A DNA stretch of 64,000 nt from Eledone cirrhosa (GCA_964016885.1 OZ024742.1:93062001-93126000); one strand, 5' to 3'. Numbered from the stretch's first letter, positions 25,082-38,995 are shown. Program-made: numbers and translations. The notes: a model not told the origin generated them from the sequence alone.

Positions 25082-25675
25082 ATGCTCAACGCCAAAAAAC
25101 TCTGTAACAACAACACCCCAATCACCCAACACAATAATACACCTAATACACAACCACCCACTAACAAACAGTATGCACAAAACACACTCACACACACATC
25201 CCAGCCCACCTATAACTCCACCACTGCTCATAACAGAAATTGTAATTGCCACCCTCCAGAGACTTGTCCATTGAATAACGAATGTTTGCATTCAAACCTA
25301 GTGTACAGGTGCTCGGTTGAGTCGGGCAACCAAACCTGGCTCTACATAGGCAGCACTGCAAACACCTTCAAAACTCGTTGGTACACGCATCGTTACGCAA
25401 TAAAGCACCACCAACACCGTTACGTAACGACTCTCGCCGACAAAATATGGCACTTAAAAGGGAATAACCGACAATACACCCTTAAATGGCCCAAACTCTC
25501 ACATGCTCCTCCATACCGGAGTGGGATGAAAACGTGCCCGTTGTGTAATAATGAGCTCTTCCATATCCTAAGCTCAAGCCACCAACTACTCAACAACAAA
25601 ATTGAAAGGTCAATTTTTTGTCAGCATAAACTGAAAGCGAAATTCTCACACTTCAAACCTTCAACTAAATCTTAA
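25082..25675 (+). pseudogene. Penelope-like zinc finger + GIY-YIG endonuclease fragment
   Basis: CNCHPPETCPLNNEC, LVYRC..YIGST, R-x3-H, CPLCNNE. Confidence 0.85.
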
Positions 25676-25933
25676 CACTACCTATCTTTCTACCCTAAAT
25701 AACAATTATACACTCCTAAAAATAGACTATATATGAAATTTAATACTTTCTTCCTTCACCTATTCTCTGATAAAACTTTCGCCTGTCCACTACCAAATGC
25801 CACTTAAAATTATATCTTCCTTCTCTCTCCCTCTACTCATCACAACCCTCCACCCCCTCCCTTCTTGTAACTTAACTTTATTCTATACAAATCCTCTCAC
25901 ACCACCCTATCTCTTTCTCTTCCTACCTCCATC

Positions 25934-26014
<81 letters not shown>

Positions 26015-26373
26015 TCTTTTGCCCCTCTCTCTCTCTGTTCCTCTATCTTACACTACTACCCCTTATTTCATTTCCTAAGGTCATTCCAACTTTGTATTTT
26101 GAAAATTCGGATGCTACAGTATCTTTCTTGATTGCCTATTATTACATAGTGTAGCAATAATGGACTGAAATTCTGATGAAACAATTGTTAATACGTGGAT
26201 TAAATTCTTTTGTAACTGTTTACCTTCGTCCTATTTCTCTCTTCTTTGATTACACTCCTCGTTTGTTCGTGTTTCCACTACTGAATCCCTACCAACCTGT
26301 CGAGTCACCTTAACGTATGTTGAGAACTTTCCTCACAACTTGTTCTACCAAGCTTTGGAATACTCCTTATTAC

Positions 26374-26526
<153 letters not shown>

Positions 26527-27365
26527 ATATATGTGTGTATCTCTGTGTCTCTGTGAGAGAGAGAGTGAAAGAGATGTTCCTGGAAAGGTTGTTTATGTAA
26601 CGCTAATGTTAGATAACTCTGCACGATATAATATCAAAACCAATACCTTAGACTCAATTTAATTTTAGAATTGAATTAATGTATTATTCCCCGCCTAAAT
26701 TAATATATATATATATATATATATTGTTATATTTGGGGAGGGTCATATTTGCGTAATATTGCCAGAATTAATAACAGAACACACTCACTGTTTGGTTGGT
26801 TTTCGCTTCTCGCTGTCTTTTATATATATATATCTGCGATCTAACTTACTCGGTCCTCAATGTTGCCATTGACTGACCGGTGGTCAAAAATAAAATAATA
26901 CAGATACAATATAGACAAACACATATATATATAGTTTACATAAATCTTTCGTTGCACATCTGCAACATCGTCAGTGGTGTTATATTCATTGTTCCTCCTG
27001 TTGTGTTGTATGTCTACGCCATTTTTTTTGTTCAGTCCGTCTATATATTTATTTATTTGTTTGCTTGTTTGTTTATCTTATTTTATTTTGTCTTCTTTGC
27101 GCATGCGTTTGCGTGTGTGATGTGTGACTAGTGTGTATAGTGTTGTGTCTGCTGGGTGACTAGTGTGTGTTTATGTGCTTGTGTATGTATTTATTTATCT
27201 TATTTTATTTAATTTAATTTACTTATTTATTTATACTTCTCTTAGGTCAGTGTTGTTTGTTTGGGTGTTGTTGTTGTTCCACTCATTCTTTCTGTTTAGC
27301 TTTTAGCATATCTGTTTCGACACACGATTTCATATAAAAAACCTCGCAAAACTAATTCATCGCCG

Positions 27366-27414
<49 letters not shown>

Positions 27415-27436
27415 AATAACCAAAGAAATACATTGT

Positions 27437-27497
27437 TTTATTAGCTAACAGTGTTTCATCCATACACCATGGCGCAGGAATCTTCAGAGCCTATAAA
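27437..27497 (-). ncRNA. Type I hammerhead ribozyme motif
   Basis: Minus strand: TTTATAGGCT-CUGAAGA-stem II (TCC/GGA + TGCGCCA/TGGTGTA)-GAAA-CACTG-TT-AGCTAATAAA. Confidence 0.65.
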
Positions 27498-27594
27498 CAT
27501 GGGTATATCAGTAGTTGCATGCTCCATTGAGCTGCATCACCAGAACAAGGTTAAATGACCAGCAGTGGGGACCCGAGGCTAGTGCTATATGGAA

Positions 27595-27632
<38 letters not shown>

Positions 27633-28239
27633 ATGTATTCGTGCGTATATGTATACGTGTGTGTGTGTATACACACATACATTATCTACATATGTGTGTG
27701 CATGTGTACGTTGATAAAAGGACATTCATTTGAGCAAATGATTAAAATGCCTCATATTATTTATTCTGGTTCTTTCCATGCTGGGTTCAAATCCCACCCA
27801 GGTGAAGTTTTCACCCTTTTGGACTCAATAAATAATGTACCAATTGAGGAATTGTAATAGCTTTGCGTAATACTCTTTACACAATCTATTTTCATGGTAG
27901 GTTTAATCCGCGCTCAGATTAACACCACCATCTGGCCCTTGGATTCATCACATGCAAATGACGTAATATCATGTAGAGAAATGGCATTTTCTCTCAGAAA
28001 TTTCCCCAAAATGATAATAGAAAAAATTTGTTTTAGATTTAAACTATTATGATATGAAAAATTCATCATCAATGGTCTTTTACTGCAGTAATTTGTATAG
28101 ACCATGAGAATTGTTTAATCCTCAAAACGTTGACCTGTAGCCTGGCCAGAACACTCACACTACTGAAATTCTAAAGTTATTGTCTTTTCTACATCTTCAG
28201 TTTCATAAATAAGGTAATTTACTGTAAATTACTCAGAGC

Positions 28240-28420
28240 CGTATGTATGTAACAAACTTTTCGCCAAACGGCTGGACCAAAAAGCACCAAATTTGCACCA
28301 TAGATGTAACTTTTTCTAAGTAAGAAAGTGAGTGTATTTTTGTCTTCTAAATTTCGTTAAAAGATTATAGATATTTTATCGTTTATTTAAATATTCAGTT
28401 CTTTAAAATTTTCAAATGTC
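28240..28420 (+). mobile_element. Possible non-autonomous Helitron/Helentron fragment
   Basis: GTATGTATG followed by AAACGGCTGGACC...ACCAAATTTG, a motif typical of such elements. No termini were identified. Confidence 0.35.
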
Positions 28421-28692
28421 AACACTTCTGGTTATACGACATTCCTCACTCTTTCTTAGTCTGTCTTTTTAGATAGATACATAGCTATAATGTCATGCCC
28501 TTATAATATGTCTCTGTATGTCTGGCTGTCTGCATTAGATACATAGCTATAACGTCGCACTTTATGTATACTCTCACTACACAATTGTCTTACATTTATT
28601 GCATATTCTCTGCTATTATTTATAGTATTACTATAATGTTTTATAAGTAATATAAACATGCCAATCTATGTTTAGAATCCCGAGCAACACCG

Positions 28693-29065
28693 TAATAATA
28701 ATAATAATAATAATTGTTTCTACTTTTGGCACAAGGCCAGCAATTATTACATGACTGGTACTTTATTTTATCGACCCCGTAAGGATGAAAGACAAAGTTG
28801 ACCTTGGGGGGATTTGAACTCAGAATGGAAAGGGCCGTAACTTTATGCGTCAAAGCATGACGTCCGACCTCCTAAATAATAATAATAATAATTGTTTCTA
28901 CTTTTGGCACAAGGTCAGCAATTACTCCAGTGCATTACTGGTACTTTATTTTATTGACCTCATTAGGAGGAAAGGCAAAGTTAACCTCAGTGGGATTTGA
29001 ACTCAGAACATAAAGGCTCATAACTCTATGCTGCAAAGCATGGTGTCTGATGCTTTACCGATACT
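28693..29065 (-). mobile_element. Two tandem Nin/Deu-core SINE copies
   Basis: Same B-box, core and (ATT)n tail as 19196-19360. Further copies or fragments at ~17645-17700, 29680-29850, 32130-32265, 44513-44630 and 62556-62646. Confidence 0.8.
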
Positions 29066-30127
29066 CCCAATATATGAGTGTGTGTGTGAGCCTGTGTATA
29101 TTTGTTTCTGTCTTTTAACTTAGCAATTTGACTAACAGAGATCGTTAAATGGTGGTTAATTTGATTGACTAAAACTCTTCAAGGTCGTGTCACAGCATGG
29201 CCACAGTCTAATGACTGAAACCAGTAAAAGAACAAAATAAGAATTATTTCTTCAAAAGTGATCTGTGTTTATACTTTGGAATGGTTCAGTTGCCAAGAAG
29301 ATGTAGAAATATTCAGGACATTGACAGCACAAACATGAAATTAAAACAAACAAACAAAAAATACAAAAAGAATTCAAAACAAATCTAGCACCCTCCCCCA
29401 CCACACACACAAAAAAATAGACAAAAACAAAAGAAAACTCAACTGTCAGTGGCATGGTAAAATATGATGGAATGGACTACTGTCAGTTTCTATGATGAGT
29501 GTTTTACTTGTTTGATAAATGGAGCAGCCTGCTTATGGAATTAAGATGCAACTGGCTGTGGTTTCCACAGATATGTGTATTCTTCATGTAATTCCCATGG
29601 AGTGAGTGTGACATAATGTGTGACATAATGTGTAGCCCTTTGAATTTACAGGTATAGTTCATCTTGTATTATAGTATAAGGGCAGTGGATTGGCAGTTTT
29701 GGTAGAGGGTTGGATGCCATCCTTTGCAGCATAGAGTTATAGCCCTTTACAGTCTGAGTTCAAATCCTGCTGGGGGTCGATAAAATAAAGTATCAGTAAT
29801 GTACTGGGATATTTTCTGGCCTTGGGCCAAAAGTAGAAACAATTATAGCATAAGTAGCTGAATATTCCACATACATGTGTACACTTAACATAATTCTCAG
29901 GGAGATTCAACATAACACAGTATGTGATATGGCTGCTCCTTTGAATTACAGGTAGAGACCATCTTGAATTATCATGAGTATTCCACAGCCCTGTGTACCA
30001 TTTCAAGGTATGGCAAGATTGGCTCTTCGATTTACAGGTATAGTCTATTTTGTAGTGTAAGTGGCTAAGCATTCCACAGAAATGTGTACTCTTAATGTAG
30101 TTCTCAAGGAGATTCCACATGACTAAG

Positions 30128-30330
30128 TACGATAGTCGGCTGAAAAGTTCATAGGCTGACTATGAAGGAGTGATGCTAGAGCTGTGAAATCTTGCATGTA
30201 TTAATTTCAACTCTTATTAATAACTGCATTGTTTCTTCCCAAGGGTTGACTATGTTGAACAATAAACCTCAATTGGTAATTCCATGAGAGTACCTTGGTC
30301 AGCCTATGAACCTTTCAGCCAACCCTTATA
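30128..30330. mobile_element. Mariner-type MITE (~200 bp)
   Basis: TIRs GGCTGAAAAGTTCATAGGCTGAC / GTCAGCCTATGAACCTTTCAGCC with TA ends. Related copies at ~42993-43172 and 56167-56341. Confidence 0.8.
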
Positions 30331-30425
30331 CATGAAAAGGCTGGCTCTTTTAATTACAAATATAATCCATCATCCAACAAGTTTTCAAATGGTTTCCATT
30401 TTCCAAATTTCTCTTGTAAGGCATG

Positions 30426-30672
30426 GATTGACATGTGGCTATGACAAATGACACTGAAACCCATGGTCTAATGATTGACATGTGGCTATGACAAATGACA
30501 CTGAAATCCATGGTCTACTGTTTGACATGTGGCTATGATAAATGACACTTAAACCCATGGTCTAATGATTGACATGTTGCTATGATAACTGACACTGAAA
30601 CCCATGGTCTAATGATTGACATGTGGCTATGACAAATGACACTGAAATCCATGGTCTAATGATTGACATGTG
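30426..30672. repeat. 47-bp minisatellite (~5 copies)
   Basis: Unit GATTGACATGTGGCTATGACAAATGACACTGAAACCCATGGTCTAAT. Confidence 0.92.
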
Positions 30673-30726
30673 AACTTTTTGGCCATTTGGCCCATACTGA
30701 ATCCATGATTGGAAATATATAATACC

Positions 30727-31140
30727 TTTTACAGCAGCAGGATTTTGAGTTGCCATTGGCCTTTCATTAGCTGAGTAATGCATGTTGCTTATGGCAGCAC
30801 TACAAATGCAGACAGTTGTTTGCTAACGGAACTTGGTGATTTCAACTGTTGACTATTGTTATAGTTCTTCTGCTCAACATCATGTTTATCAGCCACCATT
30901 GACATCTCAGAGTCCCTCTACTGAATGACACATTTACCATGATGCTCCCCATGGCTTCACTGTAATCCTGGCAAGGGTGGCTTCTGGAAACTTAGGCCTT
31001 GCCAAAGAACCACCAGGTTTTGGTTCAGGACTGCTTATTTCTGTATTCACATCTGAGCTGCAAATCTGCAGGCAGTTCCCCTATTGGCCACCTAGAGACT
31101 CACTGGATGGGAGTTAAGGATGCGAACAACAGATGGGGAA
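30727..31140 (-). pseudogene. Possible decayed exon of an unidentified gene
   Basis: Unique, GC-richer segment bounded on the minus strand by TTTTTATCAG and AAAG|GTATTA. It has protein-like stretches, but there are stops in all frames. Confidence 0.3.
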
Positions 31141-31526
31141 CTGATAAAAATTGGATGGTTATGGTGATAGTGATAATACTGATGTCATTGTTGATATCAA
31201 TGATGATACTGATATTAACAATCATAATGATGTTGATGTTAACAATCATAATGATGTTGATATGGTTAATGTTGATGGTAACGGTTATGTCAGTGAGGAT
31301 GACTAACAATGAATCTACTCATGGTGATGATGATGAAAACTGTATTGATTGTGGTGATGAGCATGCAAGAAATAAAATATCATATTTGCAAAACACACAC
31401 AAACACATATAGTATAATGAAAATTTCATACACTTAACATATATGTGTGACCTTAAGTTTCAGGGTCCAGTTATGGCCACCACTGGCCATTAGGACACAA
31501 TTACACTTTTTAGCTATGGTTGTCTT

Positions 31527-31564
<38 letters not shown>

Positions 31565-31705
31565 TTATATCAGTCGGGCTTCGAGAGTAAACACCAATAA
31601 CTCACCTGTAGCATTTCATTGAATGCAAATTTCATAAGTAATATTTTGGTTCATGTTATTTTATTCATGTAATTTTCAATCATGTAAATTTCTGTTCACA
31701 TAATA

Positions 31706-31763
31706 GCTGTCTGACGAGGTTGTAACTGTTACATAACAGTTACATCAAAATATGTATAAGAGC
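31706..31763 (+). ncRNA. Decayed type I hammerhead motif
   Basis: GCTGT-CUGACGA-long stem II (TGTAACTGTTA/TAACAGTTACA)-AAAA (GAAA expected)-TATGTA-TA-AGAGC. Confidence 0.5.
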
Positions 31764-32841
31764 GATTGTGTAAAAATAAATGGAGTAAATTCTAATCTTA
31801 CTTTTACTTCATTGTTATATATATCATTATCATCATCATTTAACATCCATTTTCCATATATATATATATATACATACAAACACACATACATACATACACA
31901 AAAACATTTAACATGTAAGATTCACAAAAAGCTTGCTAAATAGTGAAAATGTGCATGTGTGTATGTCTGTGTGACTGTATATATGTGTGTATGTATTAAT
32001 ATATAAAGACACTTGAGATACAAATGTGTGGGTATGATCAAATGACATAATACTAGTACTATCAGTCACTAGTGTAAGATGAGTGTATATATGTTTATGT
32101 TTATTTGTATGTATGTACATAAGTATAAGTGGTGAATTGGCAGAGTCGTTAGAATGTTCTATGGTATTTGTTCCGTCTCTCTACTCCTTTTGTTCAAATC
32201 CTGCCGAGGTCAACTTTGCCTTTCATCCTTTTGAGGTTGATAAAAGTACCAGTCAAGTACTGAAGTCAATTCTTCCTCTATATGTCTTTCTCATTTCTTC
32301 TCTCCCACTTTCTTTCTTTCTCTGGAGAAGGATGGGCTCCACCAGGCTTAAAATATGCCCAAGAAACACTGTATGTCACTACGGCGCCCCTACAACTCTA
32401 TCAGAAGTTACAGGACCATACATGTACATAAGTACTTTTGGTTTAACTCATCGAAGAAAGTATATTTAATATATGTTGTTGAGTATTTTTGAATGGAGCG
32501 GTGATTCTCTTTATATGAACACAAATACAAACACACAGAGACACATACACTCAACCACTCACACACACAAACACCCTCTCCACACATCTATTTACATATA
32601 TCATCATCATTTTATGTCCTTTTCCATAGAGATCCATATGATGTGTTATATTTGCATATATGGCCATCAGGTTGCAGCTACTTATATATGAAAGAATTAT
32701 CAACATTACATCAATGTTTTACAAGTAGTTGAGAATGTTCAGACTCAAACAAAAGTTACTTAGTGAGGTGCCAAAGAGACTGGCTATGATAGTGTGTCTA
32801 TATACACTATACATACACAACTCTGTGTGTGTGTGATGTGT

Positions 32842-32872
<31 letters not shown>

Positions 32873-32920
32873 CACACACACATACACACCTGCTTACATA
32901 TGTATGCATATATATATATG

Positions 32921-32964
<44 letters not shown>

Positions 32965-33028
32965 TATATACATACATATATATATATAGACTTATATATA
33001 CATATACATACATATATACATATATATA

Positions 33029-33096
<68 letters not shown>

Positions 33097-34096
33097 AGCG
33101 TGGAAGATGGACGTTAAACGATGATGATGATGATATATATATATATATATATATATTTATGTAAGGAGTCATTCTTACAGACAGACATACACACACACAT
33201 TTGTATATATATATATGCATATATATATATATTTACATATACAACATACATATACATATCATATATTAATCACATATATACATAGAGATTGATATATGAT
33301 ATGCACAATTGCATACAATGTGTGTATATTTCTGATGGCATACATATGCCACCATGTAGAAAGCTATTTTGCTAAATAATGTTAGTTAAGTACACATAAT
33401 TATACATTGCTCATGTGCAAATGCACACTTACACACATACATTAAACACTCACATACACACACACACAAATGTTCACAGACTCGTGTACACATAAATACA
33501 TGCCCGCCTCATATGCATGTATATTTGCAAACCTACACACAGAAATATGTATGCACATGCATACACTCATGCATGCTTGCAGCCTTACACACTGATACAT
33601 GTATGCACACATACATGCATGTACAGCAGCTCTCTCATACACACATAATATGCACACATGCTTGCACAATTACATAGAAAAACATCCAAATATGCACACA
33701 TACAAATACACACATACACATTCACACATACACCAGCTCACACACATACATATGCACATATGCACACATGCTTCCACACTTACATAGAAACACACCTAAA
33801 TATACATATACACAAACACACACAAACTCATACACATGCACACACACATACACACTCACACACAAGCACATACATACACACACCGTATTGTTCTGAGAGT
33901 CAATTGCCTTCATTCACTGCATTATGTTTGGTTTTCCCTGTTTTATTTTTAATCTTTTATTCTAGATGAAGTTAGGTTTGATGCTAGTTCAACTTTGTTC
34001 TTTTTTCATAATTTCAACATTGCATACTTTTATAGAAAGTGGTTTTACAGAAATGGATAGCTGATGGTTATTTAATGAAAAATACTTAACTATTCC

Positions 34097-34255
34097 AAGC
34101 ATGGCTGTGTAGTTAAGGAGTTTGTGTTGCCACTAAGTGGCTTCAGGTTCACTCCCATTGCATGGCATCTTGGACAAGTGACTTCTTCAACAACCACAGA
34201 TTGACAATGCCTTGTGAATAAAATTTGGTAGATGGAAACAGCTGAAGCCTGTTAT
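34097..34255 (+). mobile_element. tRNA-derived CORE-type SINE (degenerate)
   Basis: A-box-like TGGCTGTGTAGTTAAG, B-box-like GGTTCACTCC and the core CTTGGACAAGTGACTT. Confidence 0.6.
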
Positions 34256-34284
34256 CTGTATATATATATATATATATAAAGTGG

Positions 34285-34497
34285 TCATGTAGGTGACACA
34301 GTAAAAAGGCTCCCAGTCCACACTGTAAATGTGGTTGGTGTTAGGAAGGGCATCCAGCCATAGAAAACCTGCCAGAAACAGTTCTGTATGAGTGAGACAT
34401 GGTCTCCCAACCAATCTTGCCTCAAATGGGACAAAACCATCCAACCCTTGCTAGCATGGAAGATGGACGTTAAACGATGATAATAAATATATATGTA

Positions 34498-34528
<31 letters not shown>

Positions 34529-35508
34529 CCTGACCAATCTTGCCTCAAATGGGACAAAACCATCCAACCCTTGCTAGTATGGAAGATGGACGTTAAACGA
34601 TGATAATAAATATATATGTATGTGTGTGTATATATATATATATATATACCGATAAGAGGGATCAGATGTTGTTTACTAGAGAGAAGGCTACGTTGGTATG
34701 GTCACGTGATGCGCATGAAGGACGATAGCTGTATAACAAAGTGCAGGGCAATAAGGATAGACGGTAGCCACGGAATAGGCAGACCCAGAAAAACCTGGGA
34801 CGAGCTGATAAACTCCGACCTCACACACTTACACCTCACCAAGACAATGTCACTGGACCGAGACCTTTGGCGGTATTCAGTAATAGAGAAGACCCGCCTT
34901 ACTTAAATACAAAGTAAAACCTACTACAGTCAGTAGGCATCTCTAACAAAATACACCCCGTCCCACCACCCCCACCCCATCCACACCGCCCCCTTCTATG
35001 TAAAGTTATGTTGGTGCCACACCATCCAGGCCGAAACAAATGAGATCGTGTAGGTGTCACGACAAAAAAACACACAGTCCACGCTGTAATGTGGCCGTGT
35101 AGGCAACACGGTAAAACCTTCCAGACCCACACTGTAAATGTGGTTGGTGTTAGGAAGGGCATCCAACTGTAGAAAACCTGACAGTCCTATGCGAGCAAGA
35201 CAATCACTCTTGCCTCAAGTGGGAAAACCCCCGTCCAAACCCATGCAAGCGTGGAACACGGACGTTAAACGTTGATGATGATGATGATGATGATACCGAC
35301 CAATCTTGCCTCAAATGGGACAAAACCATCCAACCCATGCTAGCATGGAAGATGGACGTTAAACGATGATAATAAATATATATGTATGTGTGTGTATATA
35401 TATATATATACCGACCAATCTTGCCTCAAATGGGACAAAACCATCCAACCCTTGCTAGCATGGAAGATGGACGTTAAACGATGATAATAAATATATATGT
35501 ATGTGTGT
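34285..35508 (+). mobile_element. Cluster of RTE 3'-end fragments and ~120 bp tandem RTE-tail units
   Basis: 34650-35293 is the 3' end of the 12500-16050 family. The unit ACCAATCTTGCCTCAAATGGGACAAAACC...GGACGTTAAACGATGATAATAAA recurs at ~34410, 34533, 35299 and 35415. Confidence 0.85.
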
Positions 35509-38500
35509 GTCATCATCATCATCATCATCACCGTTTTATGTCCGTTCTTCCACGCTAGCATGGGTTAGACGGGTTGTCCTGTTGTGTGCAGTGTCTGGTC
35601 GGCTGACCATGCCTTGCTCATACAGGAACTGATCTGGCTTGATTTCTACAGCTGGATGCCCTTCCTAACACCAACCTCATTTACAGTGAGTGCTGGGTGC
35701 TTTTTCGTGGCGCCTACACGTCCACTTTACAGTGTGGGCTGGGTGCTTTTTTGCTGTGGCACCTCCACGACCACCTTGCGGTGGGGGGTGTGGGGGCATA
35801 TTGTTTATATGCTTCAGCATGTACCCATGGGAGGTCGGGTACTCTGTATTACTGCGTGACGCCAGAAGTCACGGTCGTGTGTCATTGTCTTTGAGAGGTG
35901 TAATTGGGTAAGGTCGGCTTTTATCACCTCATCCCAGGTCATCTTGGGTCTCCCCACTCCGCGGTTTCCATCAACTTCTAGTGCTCTGCACCTTTTTATG
36001 CAGCTGTCATCCTTCATACGCATCACGTGTCCATACCAGCGCAACCGCCTCTCCTGCACACAGCATTTGATTCCTCTATGCTCAGTCTCTCTCTCAATTC
36101 ATTTATGCTTTGTCGTTCACGTATATTACTGTTACACATCCATCGGAGCATGCAGGCTTCGTTTCTCTCTAATCTACGTAAGTCTTCCACCTTCAGCGCC
36201 CAGGTCTCACTACCATGCAACATCGCTGTTCGGATACACGCATCATACAGTCTGCCTTTCATTCTGAGGGAGAAGCCTTTTGCAGCTAGCAGTGGTAGTA
36301 ATTCCCTAAACTTCTTCCATCCCGTTCTTACCCTAGTTATTGTACTTTCTGAACACCCACCACCGTTGCTAATTCGGTCACCTAGGTAGCAGAAGCTGTC
36401 TACTGTTTCTACAGGGCCCTCCCAGAGATTGGTGGTACTTGTTTCCTGTGGCTGTTTGCTGCTTGCTGTTTCAGCACAGCTGCTGCATGTGAATCCTACA
36501 TTCTTAATTAAGCTTCCTGAGATCCCGCTACATCTCTTGTGTACCCATTGTTTGCATTTGGGGCAGAGAATGGAGTTCCTACCTACACCTTTCCTACATA
36601 CTGAGCAAGGCCATTTCCCTGAGGGGATCTGGGTTTTGTTTTCTCGTCTACTTACAAGGACCTTAGTCTTTGTCATGTTGACTTTGAGACCCTTTCTCTC
36701 TAGTCCCTGCTTCCAAGTTTGGAATTTATTCTCTAGTTCTACCATAGATTCAGCTATGAGTGCGAGGTCATCAGCATGCAGGAGTTCCCATGGGCATCCG
36801 GTCTTAAACTCCTCCGTTATTGCCTACAGGACTATGATGAACAGGAGAGGGCTAAGAACAGAGCCCTGGTGGACCCCAACATGTACGCTAAATTCCTCGC
36901 TATACTCATTGCTAATCCTAACTTTGCTGACTGCTCCCCTATACATGGCTTGTACTGCTTTCACAAGCCATTCATCTACTCCTAGTTTTCTAAGAGCCCA
37001 CCAGATTACAGCACGTGGAACTCTGTCAAAGGCTTTCTCAAGGTCGACAAATGCCAAGTAGAGTGGCTTACTTTTAGCTAGGTACTTTTTCTGTAATTGC
37101 CTCACAAGGAAGAGGGCATCAGTGGTGCCTCTTCCTGGTACAAACCCAAATTGCATCTCGTCTATATTCACCCGGTCCCTAATCAGCTGTGCTATAACTC
37201 TTTCTGTTACTTTCATGACCTGGTCCATCAACTTTATACCTCTATAGTTTCCTCTATCTAGTGCATCGCCTTTACCTTTGTAGCAGTTGACAATGATGCT
37301 ACTGCACCAATCTTTTGGTATGGCCCCTTCTAGTATTACCTGGTTAACGATACGTGTGGTTATAGTGTGACCTACAGACCCAGATGCCTTCAGCATCTCG
37401 GCAGCTATACCCAATGGACCGGTTGCCTTCCCCATCTTCATATCTTTGATTGTCTTACTTACTACGCTGCTGCTGACTTGTATTGCTGGTCCCTCTATAG
37501 GGTCTACTTGGGGTAGGGTCTCTTCTTCCCATGCATTCTCCTCATTTAGTAATCTATCATAATGACTCTTCCATGCATCTTTCTTCTCAGCACTTGTGAG
37601 GGCAAGCTCACCTTTATCATTCCGGATACACTTCTCTCCAATGACATCGCAACTATCTCTGACACACTGCCTCGCAATCTTGAATACCTCCTGTTTCTGG
37701 TCCTCACGTTGTAAAACATGCTTGAATTTTCTATCCTCTGCTTCCCTCCTAGCTAAGTATACTTGTTGCCTAGCTTCCCTCTTGGTCTCTATGTAATGTA
37801 CCCTGCTCTTCCCGTTCTTCCATTCTTTCCATGTCTGTCTCTTGGCCTTAACTGCTTCATCTACCTTATTGTTCCACAACCAAGTCACTCTCCTCCTGCT
37901 TGAGGTCTTACTCCAGCCACAGACCTCATCCGTCGCCTCTAGTAAATTATTTTTTAGGAACTCCCAGTTCTCTTCTACGTTAAATGTCTCTATCTGTTCT
38001 TCTTTACTGTCGTAGGCGTTGAGTAAAGTATCTTTAAATCTGTTACTGGTTGAGGGGACTTTCAGCTTCCACATCTTTCTTCTCCAGGTTGGCCTCTGTT
38101 TCCGGGTTCGTCTAGTTCTGACCGTGAGGTCGCTGACAACTAAGCTATGTTGGGATGTACATTCCTCACTAGGGAAGGCTTTTGTGTTTACGACCGTCCA
38201 TCTGTCACATCCTCTGATGAGGATAAAATCTAACTGACTAGAGTGCTCCCCTGATCTATAGGTGATCAGGTGGTTGTCGGGTTTTTTAAAGTTTGTGTTA
38301 CATACCGACATGTCATTGGCGTCGCAGAATTCTAGAAGTCTGAATCCTTCCTCATTCCTTGTGCCAACTCCATGGCCTCCATGTACTCTATTTAAGCCGT
38401 GGCAGTGTTTACCTACGTGTCCGTTAAAATCTCCTGCGATGATTAGGAAGTCCTTGTCGTCTGTTAGAGCAGCAGTGTGTATTAGGGACTCGTAAAACCT

Positions 38501-38845
38501 ATCCTTAAGTTCGTCTGGCAGCCCCGGTTGGGGTGCGTAAGCTGATATTATTGTGGTAATTGTCTTATTCAGGACTAGTCTGAGTTTAATGATTCTTGCA
38601 TTTACCCTGTACACTGAGATTACTTTATCTACCCACTTGTCAGCTAATAGTATACCTACACTACCCATCCCATCGTCATTTCCTACCCAGAAAAATTTGT
38701 AGCACTGGCTTTTTCCTACAAGGACTCTAGCAGACTCTCCTCTCCATCTAGTCTCTTGCACACAGCATACATCAACTTCCTTTTGCTCTAGCATTTCTAC
38801 GATTTCTCCTGCTCTTCCTTTCATTGAGCCTACATTGATGGTACT
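35509..38845 (-). mobile_element. RTE-clade LINE, near-intact ORF (5'-truncated at the start of APE)
   Basis: 666-aa APE-RT ORF 36824-38824, a single TAG, then in-frame continuation 36023-36745 (HADD in place of YADD). One frameshift near 36070 and a (GAT)n tail at ~35510-35530. Confidence 0.96.
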
Positions 38846-38871
38846 ATGTATATATATATATATATATATAT

Positions 38872-38963
38872 ACCGACCAATCTTGCCTCAAATGGGACAA
38901 AACCATCCAACCCTTGCTAGCATGGAAGATGGACGTTAAACGATGATAATAAATATATATGTA

Positions 38964-38995
<32 letters not shown>

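Larger units (their letters stand above)
23840..26372 (+). mobile_element. Penelope-like element (Naiad-type RT + GIY-YIG), 5'-truncated
   Basis: RT ORF 23870-24838 (FDINDYY, ITMGA, YRDD, FLD, SNHP). ORF 25082-25675 has a CNC-x5-CP-x4-C finger, LVY..YIGST...RWYTH GIY-YIG and CPLC...CQH. Confidence 0.88.

Noticed and set aside
26150-26200. SECIS element or intact hammerhead in the Naiad-type 3' region
   Set aside because: There is no in-frame TGA at the visible Cys positions and no clean SECIS geometry. CTGATGAAACAATTGTT lacks stem II, so it is counted only as a remnant.
30426-30672. CRISPR-like periodicity (also at 16400-17092 and 34405-39176)
   Set aside because: The units are contiguous tandem repeats with no unique spacers, there are no cas genes, and the context is eukaryotic.
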